In this document: positions 42,899-53,664 of the stretch, piece by piece | Layout of the letters: each line of letters opens with the position of its first letter | How positions within the stretch are numbered: the stretch's first letter is position 1 | Assembly: GCA_965237525.1 (NCBI GenBank) | Contig: CBDEFO010000008.1 | Location: 1,856,001-1,920,000, forward strand | Direction: 5' to 3' | Length of the DNA stretch: 64,000 nucleotides | From: Candidatus Latescibacterota bacterium | GTDB taxonomy: Bacteria > Latescibacterota > CBDEFO01 | Notes under the pieces: model-generated | What the model saw: the letters and a program-made list of their open reading frames with translations, nothing else | Databases searched by the model: none | What the model was told of the DNA's origin: nothing | Translations under genes and position numbers: made by a program

Positions 42899-44298
42899 TA
42901 GACGTAAGAGACCAAATGCCCGATATTTTAATAAACGAAGTGGGATTTGCACAGAATGAGTCGGAAGGGCCCCTTGTGCAGGAAAATCCACTTGCAGCCG
43001 ACGCTCGGTCAAAGGCTGTATATATAGAGACCTACGGGTGCCAGATGAACGTCTCGGATTCTGAACTCATAGCGGGCGTATTTCTTAATGCGGGCTACAG
43101 AATCGCGCCGAATATGGATGAGGCGGATGTGATCCTTGTGAACACGTGCGCTGTGAGGGAAAGGGCCGAGGAGAGAGTGTTCGGAAGGCTCTCTGAGTTA
43201 AACAGGTATAAATTGAGGAATCCGGATTTAGTATTGGGGGTTTGCGGGTGCATGGCCAAGCATCTGGGGGAGAAGATTTCCCAGAGGGCTCCTTACGTGG
43301 ATATAGTGGCTAGCCCCGATTCTTACAGGAGGTTGCCCGATACCGTAGGTCGGATTTCAGGGGAGCCCCTTTTGGATCTGAAGCTGGACAGAGATGAGTT
43401 GTACATAGGCCTGGACCCCCTAAGGAGCGAGGGCGTGACTGCATGGGTGACTATAATGAGGGGATGTGACAAGTTCTGTTCCTTCTGCGTAGTTCCTTAT
43501 GTGAGAGGCAGGGAACGGGGCGTGCCTCCCCAGGAGGTTGTGCGTCAGGTGGAGGTACTGGCCTCTGAGGGATGCAAGGAGGTGACGCTCCTGGGGCAGA
43601 CTGTAAGTTCATACAGATACGACGGTGTGCGTTTTGCCGATCTTCTGGACATGGTCAGCAGAGTCGATGGGATCGAAAGGATGAGGTTCACCGCGCCGCA
43701 CCCGAGCGATTTTTCGGATAAGTTGATAGACACTGTTGCCCGAAACGATAAGGTCTGCAATCATGTTCATCTGCCACTACAGTCGGGATCGGACAGAGTC
43801 TTGAAGGCTATGAAGCGGGACTATACTTCGCACCGATATATGAATTTAGTGGAAAAAATAAGAGACAGGATTCCGGGAGTGGCTTTGACTACAGACGTGA
43901 TTGTGGGATTCTGCGGCGAGACTGACGATGATTTTGAGCTTACTTACGATCTTATGGAGAACGTAAGGTTCGACTCGGCCTTTATGTTCAAATACTCCCC
44001 AAGAGAAGGGACGTCTGCTTACAGGGAACTTGAGGACGACGTGTCAGAAGAGGTGAAATCCCAAAGGATTCGGGAGATTATAGATCTTCAGGAGTCCGTG
44101 TCTTTAGAGATAAATAGGGGCTTTGTAGGTAGTACCGTAAAGGTAATGGTAGATGGGACTTCAAAGAGGGACGAAGATAAGCTGTTCGGCAAGACAGACG
44201 GGTTCAAGACTGTGGTCTTTCCCAAAGAGGGTTACTCTCCGGGAGATATAGTAGATGTAAAGATCGGGGATGCCACGTCGCATACTCTGTTTGGATAA
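42895..44298 (+). CDS. miaB: tRNA i6A37 methylthiotransferase
   Basis: TYGCQMN, NTCAVRERAE, GCDKFCSFCVVP, C-terminal TRAM domain. Confidence 0.94.
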   Translation: MIDVRDQMPDILINEVGFAQNESEGPLVQENPLAADARSKAVYIETYGCQMNVSDSELIAGVFLNAGYRIAPNMDEADVILVNTCAVRERAEERVFGRLSELNRYKLRNPDLVLGVCGCMAKHLGEKISQRAPYVDIVASPDSYRRLPDTVGRISGEPLLDLKLDRDELYIGLDPLRSEGVTAWVTIMRGCDKFCSFCVVPYVRGRERGVPPQEVVRQVEVLASEGCKEVTLLGQTVSSYRYDGVRFADLLDMVSRVDGIERMRFTAPHPSDFSDKLIDTVARNDKVCNHVHLPLQSGSDRVLKAMKRDYTSHRYMNLVEKIRDRIPGVALTTDVIVGFCGETDDDFELTYDLMENVRFDSAFMFKYSPREGTSAYRELEDDVSEEVKSQRIREIIDLQESVSLEINRGFVGSTVKVMVDGTSKRDEDKLFGKTDGFKTVVFPKEGYSPGDIVDVKIGDATSHTLFG

Positions 44299-44428
44299 AA
44301 CTTTTAGATAGCTACATATAGGGACGACGTTACCTTGCCCTACGGGCAGGGAAGCCATGCCCCTGCGTTTTTGGGGAAAAAGGTTGCCTCTTCCCTCGGA
44401 AGACGATTGAGATTCTGAAAGGACGATT

Positions 44429-45322
44429 GTGAGAGAAGATAGACTCCCGAAATGGCTGAAGGTAAAGGGACCGGGCAGTCCGGGCTATATAGAGCTCAAG
44501 TCTTTGGTCAAGAAGCTGAACCTAAACACTGTGTGTGAGAGCGCACTCTGCCCAAATATTGGGGAGTGCTGGGGCAGCGGGACGGCTACATTCATGATCC
44601 TGGGGGATATATGCACCCGAAGCTGCGGATTCTGTGCAATAGCTACAGGGAGGCCGCAAAACCTCGATTTACAGGAGCCTGAGAGGGTGGCAAAAGCTGT
44701 GGAAGCCCTGGGATTGAGGCATGCTGTGATCACGTCGGTAAATAGAGATGAATTGGAAGACGGAGGGGCTAATATCTTTGCGGAAACGATAAGGAGAATA
44801 AGGCTTTACTGCTCTCAGACCAGCGTTGAGGTGTTAATTCCGGATTTTGAGGGAGACGGGGCAGCGCTCTGCACAGTGATGGAGGCAAAGCCAGACATTT
44901 TGAACCACAATATCGAGACCGTTCCCAGGCTCTATTACAGAGTAAGGCCGCAGGCTAAGTACCATAGATCTATAGAGCTGATAAGAAAGGCTAAACAATT
45001 TGGAGGCGCTATTACCAAGTCGGGGATGATGTTAGGAGTCGGAGAGGAGAAAGATGAAGTTTACGGGTGTATGAGGGATCTTGTGGACGCTGAATGCGAT
45101 ATTCTGACTCTGGGGCAGTATTTGAGGCCCTCCCCAAGGCATATCCCGATAGTAAGGTTCTATCATCCTGAGGAGTTTGAAGAGTTCAAACGTGCCGGTC
45201 ACCAGATGGGATTCAGCCATGTGGAGTCAGGTCCGCTGGTGAGGAGTTCCTATCACGCTGCAGATCAGGTGGTGCCACCTCTGCAGATGGACCGTCCGCT
45301 ACAGAATGAAGCGTTAGTGTAA
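44429..45322 (+). CDS. lipA: Lipoyl synthase
   Basis: [26 protein letters not shown]. Confidence 0.97.
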   Translation: MREDRLPKWLKVKGPGSPGYIELKSLVKKLNLNTVCESALCPNIGECWGSGTATFMILGDICTRSCGFCAIATGRPQNLDLQEPERVAKAVEALGLRHAVITSVNRDELEDGGANIFAETIRRIRLYCSQTSVEVLIPDFEGDGAALCTVMEAKPDILNHNIETVPRLYYRVRPQAKYHRSIELIRKAKQFGGAITKSGMMLGVGEEKDEVYGCMRDLVDAECDILTLGQYLRPSPRHIPIVRFYHPEEFEEFKRAGHQMGFSHVESGPLVRSSYHAADQVVPPLQMDRPLQNEALV

Positions 45323-45401
45323 GTAGCATTAGTGTACGCCTCTGTTGTCCGAGGAGCGCTGAGGGGCAAGCGCCTTGTTGTGAGGAAACGAGAGAGATAG
45401 C

Positions 45402-46478
45402 GTGAGCAAACCCTGTCGCGGCTGGGATCACGGTAGTCAGGCTAGACCAGCCTCAGAGTATGACATCCGTTACGGCTCCGAGCTTCTGAAAGATGAAAGC
45501 TCTAAGTGGCCTAGCTACATAGTCGTATCAACTCCGCGTGCCTACAAAGCAGCGCAGCCGGACCTCTCTCAACAACCCGCGGGCGTGGCATATGCCGCCT
45601 GGCTGGATTCTGAATATCTTAAGGAATTAAGTGATGGCCTTCCCAACGGTGCGGAGCTTGTGATCGGGCTCGGGGGAGGGCGGGCGCTGGATGCTGCAAA
45701 GTGCGTAGCTCTTGAGAAGAATCTGTCGCTCATTCTGGTCCCCACGCTGGTATCAACAGGGGCTATTATCCACGGGGTTTTCGCCAGATGGGACGGTCGG
45801 AAGATAATCGGGTGGCTTGACGATTGGCCATGGATCGACTGCGAATACGTGCTCGTAGATTACGATCTGGTGCAGAGAGCGCCCCACTATCTGAATACAG
45901 CCGGGCTTGGCGACGTGCTCTGTGGCTACGCCGGGGTTGCAGAATGGAGACGGAGCTCCAAACTCGGAATTGATCCTCCTTGCGACGAGGAGGTCGTAGC
46001 CGCGCTTATCGAGTACCACGAAGAACTCGTCGGAGGTTTCCTAAGGACGCTCGACGATCAGGGCAGCTTGACTGCGGAGAGTGTCCGTTTCATTGTGACC
46101 GCCCTGCAGGAGCGCGATTCAAAGGCGCTCCGCCATCTGGCCGCTCCGAGTGGAGACCACTTGTTTCTAATTGCTCTAGAGCTTGTGAACGACAAATGTT
46201 GGATCCACGGAGAGGTCGTCGCCCTCGGCGCTGTAATCATCGCCTGGCAGTGCGACGAGTGTCCCGAAGCTCTGATCTCCAGGCTGGACAGGTGCAGGGT
46301 GCGACACCGGCCGACTCAGATGGGAATCAGCCGCGAGGAACTCAGCAAAGGACTTGAATTCGTTCCGAGCTTTATGGCAGAAATGGCGGGCAACCCAAAC
46401 GCCAACTCGATCATGTGCCACAAGCCCGTCACAGGGGCGAAGTTCGATGCCCTCTGGGAGTTCTTGGAGACAAAATAG
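45402..46478 (+). CDS. Glycerol-1-phosphate / glycerol dehydrogenase-like (DHQS-FeADH fold)
   Basis: GLGGGRALDAAK, VPT, AGLGD, SGDH, HGEVVALG. Confidence 0.75.
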   Translation: MSKPCRGWDHGSQARPASEYDIRYGSELLKDESSKWPSYIVVSTPRAYKAAQPDLSQQPAGVAYAAWLDSEYLKELSDGLPNGAELVIGLGGGRALDAAKCVALEKNLSLILVPTLVSTGAIIHGVFARWDGRKIIGWLDDWPWIDCEYVLVDYDLVQRAPHYLNTAGLGDVLCGYAGVAEWRRSSKLGIDPPCDEEVVAALIEYHEELVGGFLRTLDDQGSLTAESVRFIVTALQERDSKALRHLAAPSGDHLFLIALELVNDKCWIHGEVVALGAVIIAWQCDECPEALISRLDRCRVRHRPTQMGISREELSKGLEFVPSFMAEMAGNPNANSIMCHKPVTGAKFDALWEFLETK

Positions 46479-46512
46479 GATACATGGAAGATAGATCTCA
46501 GGAAGAGGAGAT

Positions 46513-47502
46513 ATGGAAAAGATTCTCGCAGACGATATAGAAGGTAGGGTCATGGACGGGGTCGGCGTGGACTACGACGAAGCGCTTTTGCTGATGAATC
46601 TGGGAGGGGATGATGCATTTTGGCTCCTGGAGCTTGCGGACAGAGTAAGGGACAGGCATAAAGGAAACGAGGTGGCGTTTTGTTCAATAGTAAATGCCAA
46701 ATCGGGTAACTGTTCGGAGGACTGCGGCTTCTGCTCTCAATCTGCCTATTCTGATACTGGGATAGAGGAGTATCCCATGATGGATCCAGAGGAGATTGTG
46801 AAGGCCGCAAGGGACTCTCACAATATGAAGGCCACAAGGTTCGGGATAGTGATAGGCAGGAAAGGGATAAAATACAGCCCCAGGTCGGAGAGAGAAAAGA
46901 TATTTGAGGCTATAAGGGCTCTGAAAGAGGACGGGAGTGTGATCCCCGACGCATCTTTGGGGATACTGAGCTGGGAGACAGCGTTGGAGCTGAAGGAGGC
47001 GGGATTAGAGGGCTACCACCATAATTTAGAGACATCCCGAAGGTTCTTTCCGAATATATGCACCACTCACAGCTACGACGAGCGAGTTGAAACGATAAGA
47101 ATAGCAAAGGCTGCAGGGTTTTATGCGTGCAGTGGGGGGATATTCGGGATGGGAGAGTCGGTAGAGGATAGAGTGGACATGGCGTTTACGTTGAGGGAAT
47201 TGGACGTAGATTCTATCCCGGTGAATTTCCTGGTGGCAATCCCGGGGACGAAGTTAGAAAATCAAGAGCCGTTAGATCAACTCGAGATTTTAAAGATTAT
47301 CGCTGTGTATCGTCTGATCTTTCCGACCAAAGATATAAGGATGTGCGGGGGCAGAGAGAAGAATTTAGGTGATATGCAGTCGCTGATATTTGCGGCAGGA
47401 GCTAATGCTACTTTGATAGGAAATTACCTGACCACGTTCGGCAGGGAACCACTTCTGGATATAAAGATGGTCGAGGATTTAGGATTTGAGCTTACGAAGT
47501 GA
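46513..47502 (+). CDS. bioB: Biotin synthase
   Basis: NAKSGNCSEDCGFCSQS, YHHNLETS, CSGGIFGMGES, GNYLTT. Confidence 0.96.
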   Translation: MEKILADDIEGRVMDGVGVDYDEALLLMNLGGDDAFWLLELADRVRDRHKGNEVAFCSIVNAKSGNCSEDCGFCSQSAYSDTGIEEYPMMDPEEIVKAARDSHNMKATRFGIVIGRKGIKYSPRSEREKIFEAIRALKEDGSVIPDASLGILSWETALELKEAGLEGYHHNLETSRRFFPNICTTHSYDERVETIRIAKAAGFYACSGGIFGMGESVEDRVDMAFTLRELDVDSIPVNFLVAIPGTKLENQEPLDQLEILKIIAVYRLIFPTKDIRMCGGREKNLGDMQSLIFAAGANATLIGNYLTTFGREPLLDIKMVEDLGFELTK

Positions 47503-47544
47503 ACCTGAAGCCTTCAAAACAGCACACAAGGATGGGAGTGGTGT

Positions 47545-48228
47545 CTACTGTCTACTGTCTACTTGCTTCTCGCGGTAACCTATCCTGTGGAAGGGATTTA
47601 CGATTCCTGAAGCTATATTCATCAGATGAGCTCCGATCCTCTTTAGATATCTGAGATAGAGGGCTAAAGTTACGCCGTCTTTTAAGTGGAAAGGATGGTC
47701 CTCCTCCTCGATAAGATCAAACACGATCTGATCGCACCTTTTGGTGACTCTCCACAGATCATCTAACGTCTTGCGAGCCGTCTCTTTATCCGACTCCTTC
47801 AATGCGGAAACCAAAACCCTAAACTCCGACAAGATTACGCTTTCCATCCCTTTCAACTTCTCCTCAAACCGCCCTGCGTCGAGCCTATTGGGATGATGCA
47901 TTGCCAGTTCGACGACGTTCTTGGTGTAGTCCCCTATCCTTTCAATGTCGATTACGACGCTTGTCAACATTAGACCCGCGGAAATGTCCATCGGACCCGA
48001 TACGGCAAGGTGTGTCAAGACCTTCTTTCTGACCTCTCTTTCGTAGTCATTTATCTCCCTGTCCTTCTCCCAAATGTCTATCTCTATCTCCGTAGTGTCT
48101 CTTTCCCTGAGCGATTTGACGGCTTCTGCAAATAACTTCTCGTCCTTCTCCAACATAGTCTGAGAATCTCTCATTGCCTGAGCAAAGAGGTTGTCCCTTT
48201 TGAATATCTCCTGAAGTTCCTTTAACAT
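47545..48228 (-). CDS. PhoU domain protein
   Basis: DIERIGDYTKN, LKRIGAH; downstream of a Na/Pi transporter. Confidence 0.85.
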   Translation of the reverse strand: MLKELQEIFKRDNLFAQAMRDSQTMLEKDEKLFAEAVKSLRERDTTEIEIDIWEKDREINDYEREVRKKVLTHLAVSGPMDISAGLMLTSVVIDIERIGDYTKNVVELAMHHPNRLDAGRFEEKLKGMESVILSEFRVLVSALKESDKETARKTLDDLWRVTKRCDQIVFDLIEEEDHPFHLKDGVTLALYLRYLKRIGAHLMNIASGIVNPFHRIGYREKQVDSRQ

Positions 48229-48325
48229 GATCTATCACCCCCAAATTAGTAGACAGTAGGCAGTAGACAGTAGATAGGACACCGCCTCCCATCCCTGTAT
48301 GGTGTCTACTTGTTTGTCCTACCTA

Positions 48326-49471
48326 CTACCTCACAAAATAGATTAGAGTTATGGGTATAGCAAAAAATGCTAACAGAATGTACACAAGGGGTATGGCCTT
48401 GCTCTTTAAAGAGAAGTTTGCCAAGGCTCTGGCTAAAGATATAGGTACCTTTCTAATCGGCCAGATTATAACTATCCCGAACACGTTAAATAGCAGATGG
48501 GCAAAAGACACAGTTACAGCCGATATGTTCCCTGTCGCAAGCGAAGCTAAAATAGCGGTCACGGTGGTGCCTATGTTGGCTCCCAACGTATAGGGGAATA
48601 TCTGCTCTAAGGTCAAAATTCCCGCCCCTGCCAGGGGCACAGCGATAGACGTGGTTATGGAACTGCTCTGAACCATAACAGTTAATATCATCCCAAAGAG
48701 CATAGCTCTTAAGGCGGTCCTGAAGATGTACCTGTCGAAGAAGACCTCAATTCTCGATAAGACTAAGGATTTTAAGGTAATTACAATATATCTTAAGGCC
48801 ATAAAGAGCAGTGCCAGAGACGCTATAATCATCAGAAGCTCTGCCAGATCGATCTTAAATAATGTGATTTTCCCGGCAGCATAAATCATCACCTTTTCGA
48901 TAAAGCCAACAGCCGGCTGAACTATCAGCTTAAGAGGACTGGTGAATTTCAATCCCCCCGCCTTATCGAAGGCGCCCGCAAGCTCTCCGGACGCCCATCC
49001 GAGTATATTAGTCCGAAGATGTAAAGGGAAGAGAATAACCACGGCTATGATATTGAAAAAGTCGTGAACTGTGGAACTTGCGAACGCTCGCTTGAACTCA
49101 TCGCTCCTTGAAATGTGCGCTACCGAGACTATGGTGTTGGTCACACTCGTCCCTATGTTCGCCCCCATAACGATTGGGATAGCGTTTTGGATTGAGATCA
49201 CGTCTCCTCCTACCATCCCTACCAATATAGAAGTCGTTGTGGAAGAACTTTGAACCAGACTCGTAGCTAATATCCCTATCAACAGTCCCACAAACGGATT
49301 GGAGGTCGTCGCCAGCATCTCCTTTGCCGCGCCCTTTCCCAGCGATTTGAACGCCGTGCCCATCAAAGAGATGCTGACCAGGAAAATATATAAAAGCAGT
49401 AACAGCAATATAACCCTGCCGATTGTCTGACCTCTTTTAGGAGAATCCTCACCAATTGCTACTTGAGCCAT
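48326..49471 (-). CDS. Na+/Pi cotransporter (NptA/SLC34-like)
   Basis: Two QSSS and two GANIGT motifs. Confidence 0.93.
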   Translation of the reverse strand: MAQVAIGEDSPKRGQTIGRVILLLLLLYIFLVSISLMGTAFKSLGKGAAKEMLATTSNPFVGLLIGILATSLVQSSSTTTSILVGMVGGDVISIQNAIPIVMGANIGTSVTNTIVSVAHISRSDEFKRAFASSTVHDFFNIIAVVILFPLHLRTNILGWASGELAGAFDKAGGLKFTSPLKLIVQPAVGFIEKVMIYAAGKITLFKIDLAELLMIIASLALLFMALRYIVITLKSLVLSRIEVFFDRYIFRTALRAMLFGMILTVMVQSSSITTSIAVPLAGAGILTLEQIFPYTLGANIGTTVTAILASLATGNISAVTVSFAHLLFNVFGIVIIWPIRKVPISLARALANFSLKSKAIPLVYILLAFFAIPITLIYFVR

Positions 49472-49866
49472 GTCTCTCCCTCAAAATAAGTAGACAGTAA
49501 ACAGCATACGGTAGACAGGGTATCCCCTCTTCCGTTCCCAGGACAGTAGACAGTGGAGCTGGCACCTTGCATATAATTCCTGGAATCAGATCTCCTTCCA
49601 TCCACAACGCTTTAGAAGATGGTCAAAGATTATCCTGATGTCAAGTATTTATTTGCAGATTATAGATAAGAGCAATATTGTGAAGCTAAATCCTTGAGGA
49701 TGTGAGTGTGCTCTCAAAAAAGAACGATCTTCAAGGAGTCTAAAAGCGTCTAATATAAGAACTCAAGAATCAGTGTCCGCTTGACAATCCCTTGCATTAT
49801 ATGTACCTTCTGAAAGTCCTTACAACCCAACAAGTTCTGATTCCCGCAGGAATATGAGTTTTCCCC

Positions 49867-52800
49867 ATGACCAGACAAACTATCTTCAGCTTTCTGTTTG
49901 CAACCAACAGGGATGGGAGGCGCTGCCGTGTTTCTCCCGATAGATTCAATCGGGGGCTACTGCCTACTGTCTACTGTCTACCGCTTATATCTTTATTCCT
50001 CGCTGTTTTGACCTCCTTTGTTGAAAGGGCCGAAGCTCGGGATAGCGCATATTCTCAAATGGAAGCGGAGCTGGAGTTAAAGGGAGACGGAACAAAAGGC
50101 CCCTATGCACTGGGCGATTTCATAGTCGTAAAGGGCAGCCAGAGCGTGTGGGTGGACTCGCTTCTGAAGCGTCCCATAGAATATGACATAGACTACCTTG
50201 GGGGGTTGCTAACGTTCAAAGAGTCTATATCCTCTACCTCCGAAATTAAAGTCAAGTTTTTGAAACTCCCATCAGGTCTAAAAAGGGTCCATCGACACCG
50301 GAAAGCTCTGCCATTTAAAGAGGAAGAATTGACCCCCGAAAAGGATTACGCTGAGCCGCAGAGGAATGAGTACAGCTCCCCTGCGCTTGATGAACATAGA
50401 GATGATGACTTCTCCGATTTAGAGGTAGGGGGAAGCAAGACCTTCGGGATCAGTGTAGGCTCGAACAGAGATCTGTCCCTGGAACAGGCTCTCCGAGTCA
50501 ACATATCGGGGAAGATAGGAGACGATCTTGAAGTTGTGGCCATCCTTTCGGACCAGAGCACGCCCATACATCCTGACGGAAGCACAAGGGCTCTTAAGGA
50601 ACTGGACAAGGTGCTCATAGAGGTAAGGTCGAAAGTCCTGTCGGCTACGTTAGGAGACATTGATCTGTCGTCGAACCATACGGAGTTTGGAAACTATAGT
50701 CGGAAGCTCCAGGGGATAAAAGGACAGATATCTCTTGCAGAGGGGGAGGCAACGATATTTCCGGCAACGTCCGCAGGCAAGTTTCTCACAAAAGAGATAC
50801 ATCCTATAGACGGCAGCCAGGGGCCTTATCGGCTTACATCGGAGGACGGAAAAAAGGATATAGTAGTCCACCCCGGAACTGAGAAAGTATGGCTCGACGG
50901 ACGACTCTTAACCAGAGGAGGGGATTACGATTACACAATTGACTACAGCAGAGGTGAAATCACATTCACGCACAGAAGGCCGATCACAGCTGACTCCAGG
51001 CTCGTGGTAGATTACGAATATGCGGACGGAACATTCCAGAGGAACTCGGTGGGAGGATGGGGAAAGAAGGAATTTGTGGACGGGAAGCTCAAAATAGGGG
51101 TCTCATTCATCCGTGAGGCCGACTCCCCCGTTGACCGCCGATTGAACCTACAGGGGGCCCGAAGATATGGTCTGCCTGATGGCTCTGAGGCCTTGGGCCA
51201 GGCCCCGATTGAACCCCCGATTAAATCGGGGGTCGGGGGCAAGCCTGCCGGCTCGCTCGACGGAGCGTTTTCCTTCGTCGGTTCCCAAAAAGGAGACTAC
51301 AGATATACAGGAAGCGATTACGAATACGTAGGACCAGGAAGGGGAAGCTATTCCCTTTCCTCACCAGAGAGTTCTTCGACACTTTCTGGGGGGGCCGATA
51401 TGCTCCCCACAGCGGTCATCCACCAGCTTTCAGCCCTCAATCTCTTTTTTTCGCCCGACAGCAGATTCAACATCTCAGGTGAAATCGCCCTCTCCAATGT
51501 TGACCAGAACATCTTCTCTAATAAGGACGGCGGAACGCCCGCTGCAAATGGAGACAAGTTCGGAAGAGCCTACAGATTCCATCTATCCACATCTCCTTAT
51601 GAAATAAGGGCCTTCGGGAGTTCCGTAGGCTCTGTACAATTCTCAGCCCTTCACAGGGCGCTCGGCGACAACTTCTCTCCCGCAGGTAGGATAAGGGAGG
51701 CGGAGGAGAACAGGAGATGGGGCTTGAGCCTGTCACAGGCTGTAGAAGGGGAGACGTTGCAGGAGTTCAAAGCCGCGCATCTTCTTACCTCGCGCTCACG
51801 TTTGAGCATAGGATACGGACGCATACGAAGGGAGAGCGGATTCAGTGGACAGAGGCGTGAATTGTCCTTGACTATATCAGAAAATAACCTTCCTGAACTT
51901 GGGTACTTCCTTGAAGTTATAGACAGAAGCGGGCCTAATGCTTTTGTCCCTGGAAAGATCACAAGACAGTCTGCAGAGGCAGGGGCTCAGATCTGGAGAC
52001 TGAGGCCCGAGCTTTCCTTTGAAAACGAAAGAGCCCGAATGAACGTCAGGGAGTTTGGAGAAGGGTATCCAGGCTCGAAATCTGGATACGACCAGATCGA
52101 AGGTGAACTCTCCTCCATCGGCTGGGGACAGCTCGACTGGTCGTCCTCCTTTGGTATGAGGAAGACACATAATTCTGTCCCTCTGTCGTTCGACTCCGAC
52201 AGTTCAAGAGCCTATACAGGATCGCACCGCATAAAGCTGAACAACTGGCGATCGCTCAACCTTTCCGCCAAGTACTCCCACAGAAAGAGGGTTGAGTTGG
52301 GTCCGTCAGGGGATGAGACCAAGAGTGACCTTGCCCGCATTAAGGCCAACTTTTCTCCAGCCAGGCGTTCTTTTTTTGGGGACCTGGACTACGAAGTTTC
52401 CAGCACACAGACAGCCACAAAGACGAGAAACTTCATCTATGTGGGCAGAGGAAGAGGCTCTTACGTCTGGGAGGACAGGGACCACGACAGAATCCAGGAC
52501 GAAGAGGAGTTCATTCCGGACGCTGACGGCGATTACGGGCTCTACATAGAAAGGACGGGCGACTTCCAGCCTGTAAGGGAGATATCTGCAAACCTGGCGT
52601 TCAGATTCGACCCGAAAAGGCTGCTGAAGGACACAAGCTCGTCTCTCCTTGTAAGGATCGTCCGCGCAATATCCATAGACACATTTGCAAGGGGCGAGCG
52701 TAAGACCCTGAGAGAATCAAAAGCAGGCTACTTCGATCTATACAGATTCCACCTGGGCGACTCCGTGATAAAGGGCGGAAGATCCCTCAGAGGTGACCTC

Positions 52801-53415
52801 TATCTTTTTCGTTACGGACGTCCCCTGTCAGCGAGGCTTAGATATGAATCCAGGGACGATCTGGACAGGGAATTTTCGACCGGAGAGATGAAGAGATCAA
52901 CCCTTTTGAAGTCTTTCAGAATCAGGTCCAAGTTTGCCAGACGATCCGACGCAGAAATAGAATATACCGACAGAGCGGACAAAAGAGCTGGGAAGTCAGC
53001 CTTTAGCTTCGACATCTTGTCCCGTAAAGTCGAACTCAAGTGTACTTACAGACCGAAAGACCACATACAGACTATCTTGAACGTCACAGCAGGAAAAGAC
53101 CAGAACAGAGTATCTGGAACTCCCGTCGCTGCAAACTATATAAGCATAAAGCCCGAACTGTCCAGATCGATTAAAACAAAGGGGAAAGCAAGAGCCCAAC
53201 TTGGCTGGACTAAGGTCTCCTCCAATCCGCACGGTGCTTCCTTACCGTTACAGATGGCGGAGGGCAAAACACAGGGAAAGAATATAGACTGGAATTTAGG
53301 ATTCGACTATAAGGTAGGGCGTTATCTTACGATGATAGTCTCTTACAGGGGGGAAAATATCCCCGCCAGAGATGTGAGACATACTATGAGAGCCGAGATG
53401 CGAGCGTTCTTCTAA
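49867..53415 (+). CDS. Large outer-membrane beta-barrel-like protein of FCB type
   Basis: GSKTFGISVG, ELDKV, DYTIDY, C-terminal MRAFF; promoter-like TTGACA-17-TACCTT at 49781. Confidence 0.7.
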   Translation: MTRQTIFSFLFATNRDGRRCRVSPDRFNRGLLPTVYCLPLISLFLAVLTSFVERAEARDSAYSQMEAELELKGDGTKGPYALGDFIVVKGSQSVWVDSLLKRPIEYDIDYLGGLLTFKESISSTSEIKVKFLKLPSGLKRVHRHRKALPFKEEELTPEKDYAEPQRNEYSSPALDEHRDDDFSDLEVGGSKTFGISVGSNRDLSLEQALRVNISGKIGDDLEVVAILSDQSTPIHPDGSTRALKELDKVLIEVRSKVLSATLGDIDLSSNHTEFGNYSRKLQGIKGQISLAEGEATIFPATSAGKFLTKEIHPIDGSQGPYRLTSEDGKKDIVVHPGTEKVWLDGRLLTRGGDYDYTIDYSRGEITFTHRRPITADSRLVVDYEYADGTFQRNSVGGWGKKEFVDGKLKIGVSFIREADSPVDRRLNLQGARRYGLPDGSEALGQAPIEPPIKSGVGGKPAGSLDGAFSFVGSQKGDYRYTGSDYEYVGPGRGSYSLSSPESSSTLSGGADMLPTAVIHQLSALNLFFSPDSRFNISGEIALSNVDQNIFSNKDGGTPAANGDKFGRAYRFHLSTSPYEIRAFGSSVGSVQFSALHRALGDNFSPAGRIREAEENRRWGLSLSQAVEGETLQEFKAAHLLTSRSRLSIGYGRIRRESGFSGQRRELSLTISENNLPELGYFLEVIDRSGPNAFVPGKITRQSAEAGAQIWRLRPELSFENERARMNVREFGEGYPGSKSGYDQIEGELSSIGWGQLDWSSSFGMRKTHNSVPLSFDSDSSRAYTGSHRIKLNNWRSLNLSAKYSHRKRVELGPSGDETKSDLARIKANFSPARRSFFGDLDYEVSSTQTATKTRNFIYVGRGRGSYVWEDRDHDRIQDEEEFIPDADGDYGLYIERTGDFQPVREISANLAFRFDPKRLLKDTSSSLLVRIVRAISIDTFARGERKTLRESKAGYFDLYRFHLGDSVIKGGRSLRGDLYLFRYGRPLSARLRYESRDDLDREFSTGEMKRSTLLKSFRIRSKFARRSDAEIEYTDRADKRAGKSAFSFDILSRKVELKCTYRPKDHIQTILNVTAGKDQNRVSGTPVAANYISIKPELSRSIKTKGKARAQLGWTKVSSNPHGASLPLQMAEGKTQGKNIDWNLGFDYKVGRYLTMIVSYRGENIPARDVRHTMRAEMRAFF

Positions 53416-53664
53416 AGAAAGTTGAGAGAGGTGCACCTTTGCTAAACCGTCAGTGCGACTCTCCCCACGTAATCTATAGGGGTAAGATCGGGGCAGCGAA
53501 GCAAGCTCGTAGAGAGATGCGAGTGCTTAGGGGTTTCACCGCTCGCAATGACTAATGACAAGAGCGTGCAATGACGTAAGTCAGAAGCCCTGCAACGTCA
53601 TTGTGAGGGGGAGCGGCCGCTTTGCTAGGGTGGCAGCAAGCAACCGATAGATTCTAATCGGGGA

